Shown: positions 29,384-38,086, counted from the first letter of the stretch. The stretch is 64,000 nucleotides of DNA from Vicinamibacterales bacterium (GCA_963784045.1 CAWAPZ010000017.1:67816-131815), one strand, 5' to 3'. Notes: a model not told the origin generated them from the sequence alone. Translations and numbers: made by a program.

Positions 29384-30118
29384 ATGCCTAAACCGGCCCA
29401 CCTGAACTTCTACATCGATCCCAACCGATGCATCGGATGCCAGGCGTGCGTGCAAGCCTGCACCGAATGCGACACGCATCGCGGCGAGTCGATGATTCAC
29501 CTCGAGTTCATCAACCGCGCGGCGAGCGTGCAGACGGTGCCGGTCGTCTGCATGCACTGCGAGCAGCCCACGTGCGCCGAGGTGTGCCCCGCCGACGCCA
29601 TCAAGCGGTCTGGTGACGGCGTCGTGCAATCGGCGTTGAAACCGCGGTGCATCGCGTGCGGCAACTGCGTCCTCGCATGTCCCTTCGGTGTTCCCGAGGT
29701 GTACGAGGATCGGCAGATCATGATGAAGTGCGACATGTGCTACGACCGCACCAGCACAGGCAAGCGGCCGATGTGCGCGACGGTCTGCCCGAGTCAGGCG
29801 CTCTTCTTCGGCAGCGCGGAGCAGATCGCGCAGCTTCGGCCGATGTCCGAGCCTGTAAACAGATTCCAGTTCGGAAGACAAACCATCTCGACGCGTGTCT
29901 CCCTGATGGTGCCGAAACAGATCGCGAGGCCGCAACCCCTGGTCGATGTCACCGCGGCGATGCAGGAGGCGCCGAGCAACCGCGCAATCACATTCAAGGT
30001 TGTTGCCGACCTGAAGGTCGGCACTACGACACGGGTGGCCGACCTCCAGGTCGGCACGACAGCCGATCGCAACGTCGGCACGACCACAGATGACCCATTC
30101 GATGAGGTGGACATTTGA
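29384..30118 (+). CDS. Four-cluster [4Fe-4S] ferredoxin subunit (DmsB/NrfC/PsrB-like), no Tat signal; its C-terminal tail is built from REP-like hairpins
   Basis: [44 protein letters not shown]...CATVCP. Tail: [32 protein letters not shown]. Confidence 0.85.
   Translation: MPKPAHLNFYIDPNRCIGCQACVQACTECDTHRGESMIHLEFINRAASVQTVPVVCMHCEQPTCAEVCPADAIKRSGDGVVQSALKPRCIACGNCVLACPFGVPEVYEDRQIMMKCDMCYDRTSTGKRPMCATVCPSQALFFGSAEQIAQLRPMSEPVNRFQFGRQTISTRVSLMVPKQIARPQPLVDVTAAMQEAPSNRAITFKVVADLKVGTTTRVADLQVGTTADRNVGTTTDDPFDEVDI
30004..30084. repeat. REP-like palindromic hairpins inside the FeS-subunit coding sequence
   Basis: GCCGACC-TGAA-GGTCGGC (30005..30022), GCCGACC-TCCA-GGTCGGC (30038..30055) and a half copy CGTCGGCACGAC. 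A 25-mer is identical to 45421..45445. Confidence 0.8.
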
Positions 30119-30759
30119 GCGCCGAACAGGACCCTCGACACCGAATCGACGCGCGCGTCGATACGCCACAACGCGAAGGGCTCACCGGAACGGCACCCAC
30201 CAGCCTGTATCGGCCCATTGTGGACGCCGATGAGATTACGCGGGCGCCGGACGGAAAGCCGCTCGTCGAGCAGCCGAAATGGCGGCGCGATTTTCCCATC
30301 GACACGCCGCAAGATCTCTACGTCGCGCGCCGCGACTTCATGAAGTTCATGGTCCTGACGAGTCTTGCGTTCACCGTTGGACAGTTCTGGATCGCCGCCC
30401 AGAACTGGCTCAGGCGCCGCCGGGGAGCGCCAGAGTTGAAAAAGATTGCGAGCCTCGCGGAGATTCCTGTCGGCGGGGCGATCACGTTTCTCTATCCCGA
30501 GCCCGCCGATCGCTGCATTCTGGTTCGTCCAGCCCCGGATGTCGTCGTCGCGTTCAGCCAGCAGTGCACACATTTGTCCTGCGCGGTGATCCCTCAGCCC
30601 GAGCAGAACCGCCTTTTCTGCCCCTGCCATGAAGGCGCGTTCGATCTGCAATCGGGCCGCCCCATCGCAGGCCCTCCGAACCGTCCGCTCACGCGTGTGC
30701 TTCTCGACGTGCGCGGCAACGATGTCTACGCATCAGGCATCGAATTGAGGACGGTGTAG
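30115..30759 (+). CDS. Membrane-anchored Rieske [2Fe-2S] protein (bc-complex type)
   Basis: Cluster boxes CTHLSC and CPCHEGAF. Single TM helix preceded by ARRDFMKF (twin-arginine-like). About 65-aa hydrophilic N-terminal extension if the TTG 30115 start (TTGA overlap with the upstream stop) is correct. Confidence 0.75.
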   Translation: MSAEQDPRHRIDARVDTPQREGLTGTAPTSLYRPIVDADEITRAPDGKPLVEQPKWRRDFPIDTPQDLYVARRDFMKFMVLTSLAFTVGQFWIAAQNWLRRRRGAPELKKIASLAEIPVGGAITFLYPEPADRCILVRPAPDVVVAFSQQCTHLSCAVIPQPEQNRLFCPCHEGAFDLQSGRPIAGPPNRPLTRVLLDVRGNDVYASGIELRTV

Positions 30760-30761
30760 CC

Positions 30762-30998
30762 ATGCCCCTCACCCGCCCGTACTCGCGCGACCAGCGAGCC
30801 ACAATCGTGTACGGCATGCTTGCGTTCGTGCTGATGCTCGTCTTTCTGCAGTTGTGGCTGCTCACCGCGACCATGAATGCGTATCTCGGGGGCGACGAGT
30901 CGGTCATCTGGCCTGCGGCGGCGGCCAGCCTGGTGTGCCTGCTTCTCAATGCCGGTCTTTGGCGATATCTCATCCGGATGGAACAGGCGCGTTCGTGA
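30762..30998 (+). CDS. Small two-TM membrane protein (78 aa)
   Basis: Starts 2 nt after the Rieske stop, and its stop overlaps the next start (GTGA). Two hydrophobic helices (IVYGMLAFVLMLVFLQLWLL and AAAASLVCLLLNAGLW). Confidence 0.5.
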   Translation: MPLTRPYSRDQRATIVYGMLAFVLMLVFLQLWLLTATMNAYLGGDESVIWPAAAASLVCLLLNAGLWRYLIRMEQARS

Positions 30999-32008
30999 AC
31001 CTCGCCGCCATGCACCCGGCGTACTTCGCGCTGGTGATGGCCACCGGCATCGTCTCCATCGCCGCACACCTGACCGGACTGCCGCGGGTCGCTTACAGCC
31101 TGTTCTGGTTGAATATCGCTTTTTACGCCGGCCTGTGGGCGATGACAGCCGCCCGCGTGATTCGGCACCGCCAGCACGTGATCGACGACCTGATGGATCA
31201 CGGCCGATCGGTCGGTTTCTTCACGACGGTCGCAGCGACATGCGTGCTCGGCAGTCAGTTCGTGCTTCTCGGTGGAATGTGGCGAGCCGGCGCGGCGCTC
31301 TGGTTTGCCGGTATCGCGTTGTGGGCGCTGATCACGTACTCGGTGCTTACGATCCTTACAGTCAAACCGGTCAAGCCGCCGCTCGCGCAAGGCATCAGCG
31401 GCGGGTGGCTGCTGCCGGTCGTCGCCGCGCAGTCCGTGTCGGTGCTGGGAACGCAGCTCGCGCCGGGATTCGATGCGCCCGAAAAGATATTGTTCTTCTC
31501 CCTTGCGATGTGGCTTGGCGGGGGGATGCTCTACATCTGGATCATCTCGATCATCTTCTACCGCTATACCTTCTTTCCGCTGCTGCCGTCGGAGCTCGCG
31601 CCGCCCTACTGGATCAACATGGGCGCGGTCGCAATCTCGACGCTCGCCGGTGCGCTGCTCGTCCTGGCCGCTCCGGCCTCGCCGCTGCTGACTGGCCTCC
31701 TGCCGTTTCTGAAGGGCCTGGCGTTGTTGTTCTGGTCGACCGCCACCTGGTGGATTCCAATGCTGCTCGTTCTCGGCACGTGGCGGCACGTGGTCCAGAG
31801 GTTTCCGTTCAAGTACGACCCGCTTTACTGGGGCGCGGTGTTTCCGCTCGGGATGTACACCGTCTGCACCATTCGCCTCTCGCAGGCGCTCGATGTGCCC
31901 TTCCTCACAACGCTGGCGGGTGTGTTCGTGTTCGTAGCGCTCTTCGCATGGCTGGTCGTCGCCGCCGGCTGGGTCGTGTCGATCTTGAAACTAAAATCTA
32001 CAATCTGA
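30995..32008 (+). CDS. TDT-family (TehA/Mae1/SSU1/SLAC1-type) anion channel or transporter
   Basis: Start set to in-frame GTG 30995 (VNLAAMHPAYFALVMATGIVSIAAHL). About 10 TM helices. Typical TehA-like N-terminus and length. Confidence 0.7.
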   Translation: MNLAAMHPAYFALVMATGIVSIAAHLTGLPRVAYSLFWLNIAFYAGLWAMTAARVIRHRQHVIDDLMDHGRSVGFFTTVAATCVLGSQFVLLGGMWRAGAALWFAGIALWALITYSVLTILTVKPVKPPLAQGISGGWLLPVVAAQSVSVLGTQLAPGFDAPEKILFFSLAMWLGGGMLYIWIISIIFYRYTFFPLLPSELAPPYWINMGAVAISTLAGALLVLAAPASPLLTGLLPFLKGLALLFWSTATWWIPMLLVLGTWRHVVQRFPFKYDPLYWGAVFPLGMYTVCTIRLSQALDVPFLTTLAGVFVFVALFAWLVVAAGWVVSILKLKSTI

Positions 32009-32045
32009 CAACAATCCACCAATCTACCAATCTTCAATCTACCAA
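31996..32045 (-). repeat. ATTGGTRG 8-nt tandem array directly after the HhH-protein stop; overlaps the last codons of the TDT gene
   Basis: Minus strand: taa TTGGTAG ATTGAAG ATTGGTAG ATTGGTGG ATTGTTGTCAG ATTGTAG ATTTT. Confidence 0.7.
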
Positions 32046-32678
32046 TTACTGGATCACCACATACCTGGCGAGGCGACGGACTTCCTTGTCGTCGACGTAT
32101 TTGCCGATTTCCTTGTGGAAGTGCTCGATCGATTTCCAGGGGCGGTATTCCTTGAATTCATGCAGCATCCTCGCGCCGACGCCGGGGATTGTCTGAATGT
32201 CGGCGTCGCTCGCCGTGTTGATGTTGATCGGAATGAAGGTGTACTGCGCGAGCCGCGCGACTTCGTCCTGATTGACGTACTTGCCGATTTCTTTCTGGAA
32301 GTGGGCCCAGTTGCGCCACGGGCGGTACTCGTCGAATTCGTGCGCCATGCGCTTGCCGGCGCCGGGTATCAGCATGATCTCCTCCGTAGTTCCAGTATTC
32401 AAATTGACGTGCACGAACGCTTTCCCGTAAAACTGGCTCGCCTGTTCCTGTGTGAGTTTCTGGCTCAGCAGAAACTTGTTCAAATCGACGATGCTGTTGA
32501 AGGGCCGCGCCGCGATGAGCGCCTTGACGATAGGCGCGGTCATGTTGGGCGCCGCTGCGAGCACCTGTTCGGTGGCCGTATTCGCGTCGACGACGCCAAG
32601 CGATTTTCCCACCTGCGCAGATGCAAATGAGGCCGCGAGCAGCATCGCACCTATTGCACCCATCACACCCGTTTTCAT
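32046..32678 (-). CDS. Secreted protein with repeated helix-hairpin-helix (ComEA-like) modules
   Basis: GGAGGG Shine-Dalgarno before ATG 32678. Signal peptide MKTGVMGAIGAMLLAASFASAQ. Internal repeats ...IPGAGKRMAHEFDEYRPWRNWAHFQKEIGKYV / IPGVGARMLHEFKEYRPWKSIEHFHKEIGKYV. Confidence 0.65.
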   Translation of the reverse strand: MKTGVMGAIGAMLLAASFASAQVGKSLGVVDANTATEQVLAAAPNMTAPIVKALIAARPFNSIVDLNKFLLSQKLTQEQASQFYGKAFVHVNLNTGTTEEIMLIPGAGKRMAHEFDEYRPWRNWAHFQKEIGKYVNQDEVARLAQYTFIPININTASDADIQTIPGVGARMLHEFKEYRPWKSIEHFHKEIGKYVDDKEVRRLARYVVIQ

Positions 32679-33091
32679 GTCACCCTCCTCAGATACGCAT
32701 AGCCGAGACCGAGGATGCCCAATTGCACCATCGAGCCCGGCGCCAATGTGGGCGGCGACTTCGCCCGCAGCACATGCCACATCAGGGCGGTGCCACCCAT
32801 CTGGGGATCCATCTCCAGCTGAAATTCCCGGCTTCCCTGAAAATGAAAGTATACGCCCAGCAATCCAGCGGCCACGAGCAGGACCATCGTCAGTTGCATG
32901 ATCAGCTGCGTCCATCGCCGCGCGAGTGCGAGGTCGAGAATGACAATGACGAGGCCAACGGACAGCAACACGAGCGGCAGCCACTGGGCTGAATCCTCGT
33001 AGTGCGCGATGAGCGCCAACTCAGCGAAGAGTCCGCCCATGCCCAGGATCAGCACACCAAGGATGACGCGCCGGATGGCAACGAGTTCCAC
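32675..33091 (-). CDS. Four-TM membrane protein, function unknown
   Basis: 138 aa and hydrophobic. Its stop overlaps the downstream start (ATGA). Confidence 0.5.
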   Translation of the reverse strand: MELVAIRRVILGVLILGMGGLFAELALIAHYEDSAQWLPLVLLSVGLVIVILDLALARRWTQLIMQLTMVLLVAAGLLGVYFHFQGSREFQLEMDPQMGGTALMWHVLRAKSPPTLAPGSMVQLGILGLGYAYLRRVT

Positions 33092-33122
33092 GCATCAAGA
33101 ATACGGTAAACGTGTCTGGATA

Positions 33123-33644
33123 TTACCGGCGGCCGGAGCGCTTCTTCGCTGGTCGCGCGGCGGGTTTCGCAGGGCGCGATCCGTTCTTGCGCTTCGCTGG
33201 GGAGACGGCGCGCGCCGTTGCCGGTGGCGCGTAAACGCGCGCGTCGCCGGGACGTGCGTTGAGCATCTCGAGAATCCCCATCAGTCCGCGCTTTACTTCC
33301 GAGAGCCGTTCTTTCGCATTGCGACCCAGCAGTGCCTTGATCGGAGCGGCTTCGGCTTCTTCGAGCACCGGCGGCGCCTCTTCTTCGATGCGGCGCCGTA
33401 CGCCGGCCAGCGTGAGGCCGTCGGAAAAGACCAATTGCTTGATCCGCAGGACGCGCTGGACGTCGGCGCGCCTGTAAATGCGCGGCCCGCCCGCCGATTT
33501 TGACACACCGAGATCTGGAAACTCAGACTCCCAGGATCGCAAGACGTACGGCTGTACGCTGGCGATTTCGCACACTTCGGATGCCTTGAAGAGGGCACGG
33601 TTGGGTATCTCGACGTCGGCCACAAACAGTCCTGTTTGCTGCAA
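33123..33644 (-). CDS. MerR-family transcriptional regulator with a basic C-terminal tail
   Basis: FKASEVCEIASVQPYVLRSWESEF...PRIYRRADVQRVLRIKQLV is a MerR-type HTH. Lys/Arg/Pro-rich tail. Confidence 0.7.
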   Translation of the reverse strand: MQQTGLFVADVEIPNRALFKASEVCEIASVQPYVLRSWESEFPDLGVSKSAGGPRIYRRADVQRVLRIKQLVFSDGLTLAGVRRRIEEEAPPVLEEAEAAPIKALLGRNAKERLSEVKRGLMGILEMLNARPGDARVYAPPATARAVSPAKRKNGSRPAKPAARPAKKRSGRR

Positions 33645-33662
33645 CTTGCGCGAATTATAACA

Positions 33663-33679
33663 GGGTTGATGGTTGGTGG
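33663..33679 (+). repeat. Short GGTTGRTGG-type repeat abutting the der stop codon
   Basis: GGGTTGATGGTTGGTGG, followed by tta (the der stop on the minus strand). Here the G-rich strand is antisense to der. Confidence 0.4.
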
Positions 33680-35020
33680 TTACCGCTTTCTCTTCCGTAC
33701 CTGCAGGCGTATCGGCGTACCCGAGAACCCGTACTGCTCGCGAAGGCGGTTCTTCAGGAACCGCTCGTAAGAAAAGTGCAGTTCAGTAGATACGTTGGTG
33801 AACAGCGCGAAGGTCGGCGGCGCCACTCCTACTTGCGCAGCATAGAGAATTCTCACAGCCTTCTTTCCCGGACTCGGCATCGGATGGGCGGACGTCACCT
33901 CCTGCAGAAAGCGATTGAGCTCCGGGGTCGGAATGCGACGCGTCCGTTCTTCCATCACTTTATCTACAACGTCGAGTAGTTTTGGCGTGCGCTCGCCGGT
34001 CAGTGCGGAGATGTGGACGATCGGCGCGTAGTCGAGAAACTTCAGATTGAAACGCAGCTTGTCATCGAACGTCTTTGCAAAGTCCTGCCCCTGGCCTTTC
34101 ACGAGGTCCCATTTGTTCACCGCGATAATCACGCTGCGCCCAGCCCGCTCCGCTTCGCCTGCGATGGCGCCGTCCTGATCGGCGGCCCCAAGCGTCGCGT
34201 CAATCACCAGGACGATGAGATCGGCATCTGCAATCGCCCGTCTGGCCAGCAGAACGCTCACCGATTCGACTGCTCCCGAGCGCGCCACGCGGCCTGGCTT
34301 GCGGATTCCCGCCGTGTCGACGATGCGGAACTGGCGCTGATGCCAGCGAAACCTGGTGTCGACGGCATCTCGTGTCGTGCCCGCAATTTCGCTGACCAGC
34401 ATGCGCTCTTCGCGGAGGACACGATTGACGAGCGACGACTTTCCCACATTCGGGCGGCCCACGATCGCAATTCGCGGCTCGGGCTCCTCTGCCTTCTGCT
34501 CTTCTGATTTGCTCTCCGGCAACCGCTCGATCACTTCGTCGAGCAGATCCCCAATGCCTTGCCCGTGCTCCGCAGAAATCTCCATGACCGGCTCGAACCC
34601 GAGCTCATAAAAGTCGAGCGCTCCGGCCTTCGCACGTTTGTCATCAGCCTTGTTGATGGCGACAATCACCGGCCTTCCCTTCGCGCGGACGGCTTCCGCG
34701 ATCTCGAGATCGGCGGGGACCAGGCCCTGCCGGCCGTCGACGACAAACACAAACAGCGACGCATGTTCCAACGCTCGCCACCCGTGCTCCAGCACCTGCT
34801 TCTGAAGCGGATCTTCGCTGCGCCCGAACATGCCGGCGGTGTCAGTCAGGAGAAACGGCACATTTCTCCAGTCCGCAGGCTGCTGGATGACGTCGCGGGT
34901 CGTCCCGGCCGTCGGGTCGACGATGGCGCGGCGGGTGCCGGCAACGCGGTTGAAAAGTGTCGATTTCCCGACATTCGGGCGACCGACCAAAACGACGGCA
35001 GGAAGCTGTTTTGAGGCCAT
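33680..35020 (-). CDS. der: Ribosome-associated GTPase Der (EngA), double G-domain
   Basis: Two GRPNVGKS P-loops, DTAG motifs, NKxD motifs and a KH-like C-terminus. Confidence 0.95.
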   Translation of the reverse strand: MASKQLPAVVLVGRPNVGKSTLFNRVAGTRRAIVDPTAGTTRDVIQQPADWRNVPFLLTDTAGMFGRSEDPLQKQVLEHGWRALEHASLFVFVVDGRQGLVPADLEIAEAVRAKGRPVIVAINKADDKRAKAGALDFYELGFEPVMEISAEHGQGIGDLLDEVIERLPESKSEEQKAEEPEPRIAIVGRPNVGKSSLVNRVLREERMLVSEIAGTTRDAVDTRFRWHQRQFRIVDTAGIRKPGRVARSGAVESVSVLLARRAIADADLIVLVIDATLGAADQDGAIAGEAERAGRSVIIAVNKWDLVKGQGQDFAKTFDDKLRFNLKFLDYAPIVHISALTGERTPKLLDVVDKVMEERTRRIPTPELNRFLQEVTSAHPMPSPGKKAVRILYAAQVGVAPPTFALFTNVSTELHFSYERFLKNRLREQYGFSGTPIRLQVRKRKR

Positions 35021-35052
35021 CTATGAAGTCAAAAGCTCACTTAGCCGATACC

Positions 35053-35082
35053 TTGACAGCGTAAGTGGTTGTTTCTTAATAT
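35053..35082 (+). promoter_or_regulatory. Near-consensus sigma-70 promoter for the HU/IHF gene
   Basis: TTGACA-N17-TTAATA(T) lies about 30 nt upstream of the AGGAGA Shine-Dalgarno and ATG 35111, in an AT-rich intergenic patch. Confidence 0.55.
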
Positions 35083-35110
35083 ATTTATAACCACGCAGGA
35101 GAGCCTAAGC

Positions 35111-35380
35111 ATGATCAAGGTCGACATCGTCAACGAGGTTTCGAAGATCGCTGACATCACCAAGGTGAAGGCCGAGGTGGCAGTCGACGCGGTGTTCGAC
35201 GCGATGCGCCTGTCCATGCAGCGGGGCGAGCGGATCGAGCTGCGCGGCTTCGGAGTGTTCCAGGTGAAGCCTCGCAAACGGGGCATCGGACGTAACCCGC
35301 GGACCGGCAAGGAAGTACGCATCCCGCCCGGTCGGACGATCCGCTTCAAGCCCGGCAAAGACCTCCAGAATATCAGCTAG
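35111..35380 (+). CDS. HU/IHF-family DNA-bending protein
   Basis: MIKVDIVNEVSKIADITKVKAEVAVDAVFDAM...GFGVFQVKPRKRGIGRNPRTGKEVRIPPGRTIRFKPG. Confidence 0.9.
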   Translation: MIKVDIVNEVSKIADITKVKAEVAVDAVFDAMRLSMQRGERIELRGFGVFQVKPRKRGIGRNPRTGKEVRIPPGRTIRFKPGKDLQNIS

Positions 35381-35394
35381 CCGAAAGCTCGCGT

Positions 35395-36360
35395 GTGCAC
35401 GAACCGTTTCCGCCTGACATGAGTTCGGCCGGGGGAGAGCCGCCGCTCCCCGTTACATTTGCGCCTCGGCGTAAGTTCAGCGATCGCCGCTGGTTGCATT
35501 TCCTGCTCTTCGTGCTGACGTGCCTGACCACGACGTTGGTGGGGGCCGAACACTACGCGACGTACGTCTCCGACTTCGGCCGCCATCCGGTGACCGTCAG
35601 CATCTCTTTGATCCTCCACGGCCTTTGGTATAGCGCGACGATTCTGCTCATTCTGGGCGCGCATGAGCTTGGGCACTATCTTGCCTGCCGATACTATCAG
35701 GTAGACGCCTCGCTGCCCTTCTTCATCCCGATGCCGGTGGTGCTCACGGGCACGCTGGGCGCATTCATCCGCATTCGCGAGCCCATTCCGACCAAGCGCA
35801 TGTTATTCGACATCGGCATCGCCGGACCGCTGGCGGGCTTCGTGTTCGTGGTGCCGGCACTCTTCATCGGCGTCGCGATGTCCCCGGTGGTGAGCGTGCC
35901 GCCGAATCTCGTCGGGTTCAATCTCGGTGAGCCGTTGCTGTTCCGTGCGGCGACGTGGCTGACTTGGGGGCCCATTGCGAATGGCTATTCAGTCAACCTG
36001 CACCCAATGGCCTTTGCCGCATGGTTCGGACTGCTCGCGACCGCATTGAATCTCTTTCCGATCGGGCAGCTCGATGGCGGCCATATTTCGTACGCGGTAC
36101 TCGGCCGGCGATCGACGACGGTCACGCTTGCTGCGATCGGCGCGGCTATCGGGCTCACATTTTTTTCGAGGAGCTGGCTCGTCTGGACATTCCTGCTCGT
36201 GTCTATGACGCTGGCGATGGGTCCGCGACATCCGCGCACAATCGACGAGGACATCCCGCTTGATCGGCGGCGTGTGTGGCTGGCTGTCCTCGCCGCGGTC
36301 ATTCTGGTGCTGTGCTTCACGCCAAGCCCGATCGAACCCACTGAACTACTGACCCGGTAG
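35395..36360 (+). CDS. Site-2 protease family (M50) membrane metalloprotease
   Basis: HELGHY zinc motif inside a TM helix. Polytopic. LFPIGQLDGGH second motif. Start is GTG 35395 or ATG 35419. Confidence 0.8.
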   Translation: MHEPFPPDMSSAGGEPPLPVTFAPRRKFSDRRWLHFLLFVLTCLTTTLVGAEHYATYVSDFGRHPVTVSISLILHGLWYSATILLILGAHELGHYLACRYYQVDASLPFFIPMPVVLTGTLGAFIRIREPIPTKRMLFDIGIAGPLAGFVFVVPALFIGVAMSPVVSVPPNLVGFNLGEPLLFRAATWLTWGPIANGYSVNLHPMAFAAWFGLLATALNLFPIGQLDGGHISYAVLGRRSTTVTLAAIGAAIGLTFFSRSWLVWTFLLVSMTLAMGPRHPRTIDEDIPLDRRRVWLAVLAAVILVLCFTPSPIEPTELLTR

Positions 36361-36482
36361 CCGATGTCGGCCGTGCGTCCTCACGTCGAAGTTATGGTAG
36401 ACTCCCGCCGTTTGCACAATTTGTCGCTTCAGGCCTTATTCCTAGAAAAAGTGTGCGTTCCCGCAAGTTTCTCTGAAGGAGG

Positions 36483-37148
36483 ATGTTAATGATTCGTGGG
36501 TCCAGAGCTTTCCTCGCCGCGGCGATCCTGTTCGCTGGATGCTCGGCCGCGTCCGCCCAGGATGCAACGATCGGCGCAGGAAAGGTCGAGATTGGCGGCT
36601 TTCCCGGGGGCGGCACGTTCTTCGTCGGCGGCGACGACAACAAGGAAGTGAATTTCAATGTCTACACCGCCGGCGGCGGTGTGACGTACTACTTTAGTAA
36701 CGCGGTGGCCGTCGAGGGAGAGTTCACGGGCAGTGTGGGCTGGGCGCAGGATGTCATGTTCAACAATGCCAAGCTGATTCACAATCAGATGCCGACCGTG
36801 TGGAGCTACTCGGGCAACCTGGTGTTTTTTCCGGGCGGCACGACTGGCAAGCGCGCACCGATTTACGTCACCGGCGGCATCGGAGCGATCGCACTGGCGC
36901 CGCGCGTGCCGACGAAGGTATTCGGCTACGACGTGGACACCATCGGCACACAGATGTTCATGGCCGAAAACATCGGCGGAGGCATCAAGCTGTTTCGCGG
37001 CGCCGAGGCGCCGAACTGGGGCTTCCGCGTCGACTATCGCTATCTGTTCATCAACTCTAACGAGGACGCGCCGGCGTTCTTCGCAAAGACGATGAGCCGC
37101 GGCGCCCACCGCATTTACGCGGGGATGCTCTACACCTGGAAACGATAA
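36483..37148 (+). CDS. Outer-membrane beta-barrel protein (small porin / OmpW-like)
   Basis: GAAGGAGG Shine-Dalgarno. Signal peptide ending AASAQ. Alternating beta-strand pattern. Aromatic C-terminus (YAGMLYTWKR). Confidence 0.65.
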   Translation: MLMIRGSRAFLAAAILFAGCSAASAQDATIGAGKVEIGGFPGGGTFFVGGDDNKEVNFNVYTAGGGVTYYFSNAVAVEGEFTGSVGWAQDVMFNNAKLIHNQMPTVWSYSGNLVFFPGGTTGKRAPIYVTGGIGAIALAPRVPTKVFGYDVDTIGTQMFMAENIGGGIKLFRGAEAPNWGFRVDYRYLFINSNEDAPAFFAKTMSRGAHRIYAGMLYTWKR

Positions 37149-37170
37149 AGACCTGATTAAGGAGCAAGAG

Positions 37171-38016
37171 TTGGGCCGCCTCCTTCTCGCGCTCGCGATC
37201 GCTGTCTCGGCCGCTGCGACACTCGAGGCTCAGGCCGACGAGCGCGTCATCTACACAAGCGTCGTCGACAGGGACGGCGCCCCGGTCCTCGATCTCGGCA
37301 TCAAAGACTTCATCGTTCGCGAAGACGGACAGGCGCGAGAGATTCTCAGCGTCGTGCGCGACAACGACCCGTTGCAAATCGCGCTGCTCGTCGACAACAG
37401 CGTCGCCATGCGTCCACGACTCTCGCAGCTGCGCAAGGCGGTCTCGGCGTTCATCGAATCGACGCGTGACGACGTCCAACTGGCGCTCATCACGCTCGCG
37501 GAACGGCCGACGATTCTCGTCGGCTACACCACGGATCGCACGGCCCTGCGCAAAGCGGCAGAAAGCATGTTCGCGTACGAGGCAGCCAATTACCTGCTCG
37601 ACGGCATCTCGGAGACCTCGCAGGGGCTCGCCAAGCGGACGATGTGGCGCTCGGCCATTGCCGTCATCACCGGCATCGGACCTGAAATGAGCTACCGGCA
37701 GTACACGGAGGTGCTCCGCTTCTTTCGCGAGGGTGGCGCCTCGCTTCACGTCCTGCAGGTCGGCAGCGGCATCGGCGCGCAGGGACGAGAGATAGTCATC
37801 AGTAAAGGAACGTCCGAGACCGGCGGGCGCTTCGAGGAAGTGCTGATACCGGCGAGAATCGAGCTCAAATCCCAGCAGCTGGCGACAGAGCTATCGAATC
37901 AGTATCGCGTGACCTACGCAAGACCCAGCCGCCTGGTGCCTCCGTCGAAAACGGAAGTCAGCACGCGGAAACCGGACCTTCGCGCACGCGGCATGTTAAT
38001 GAAGACCGACAAGTAA
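37171..38016 (+). CDS. Secreted VWA-like domain protein (Acidobacteria-type VWFA-related domain)
   Basis: TTG start with an AAGGAG Shine-Dalgarno. Signal peptide. DFIVREDGQAREI...IALLVDNS pattern typical of that family. Confidence 0.6.
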   Translation: MGRLLLALAIAVSAAATLEAQADERVIYTSVVDRDGAPVLDLGIKDFIVREDGQAREILSVVRDNDPLQIALLVDNSVAMRPRLSQLRKAVSAFIESTRDDVQLALITLAERPTILVGYTTDRTALRKAAESMFAYEAANYLLDGISETSQGLAKRTMWRSAIAVITGIGPEMSYRQYTEVLRFFREGGASLHVLQVGSGIGAQGREIVISKGTSETGGRFEEVLIPARIELKSQQLATELSNQYRVTYARPSRLVPPSKTEVSTRKPDLRARGMLMKTDK

Positions 38017-38086
38017 TTGCACGTCCACTGCCACGGCGCCAAGATCCTCCCGGGATCGCTGCGTCGCGGCGTCGGCGCGGTGGAGC

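Noticed and set aside
27337-32196. Many 200-440-aa ORFs overlapping the Mo-enzyme operon (for example 27337..28254 -, 27546..28757 +, 28405..29385 -, 29255..30169 -, 30689..31789 -, 30877..32196 +)
   Set aside because: They have shadow-frame composition (R/A/G/P-rich, no motifs). The chosen frames contain cofactor-binding motifs or TM helices and show tight start/stop coupling.
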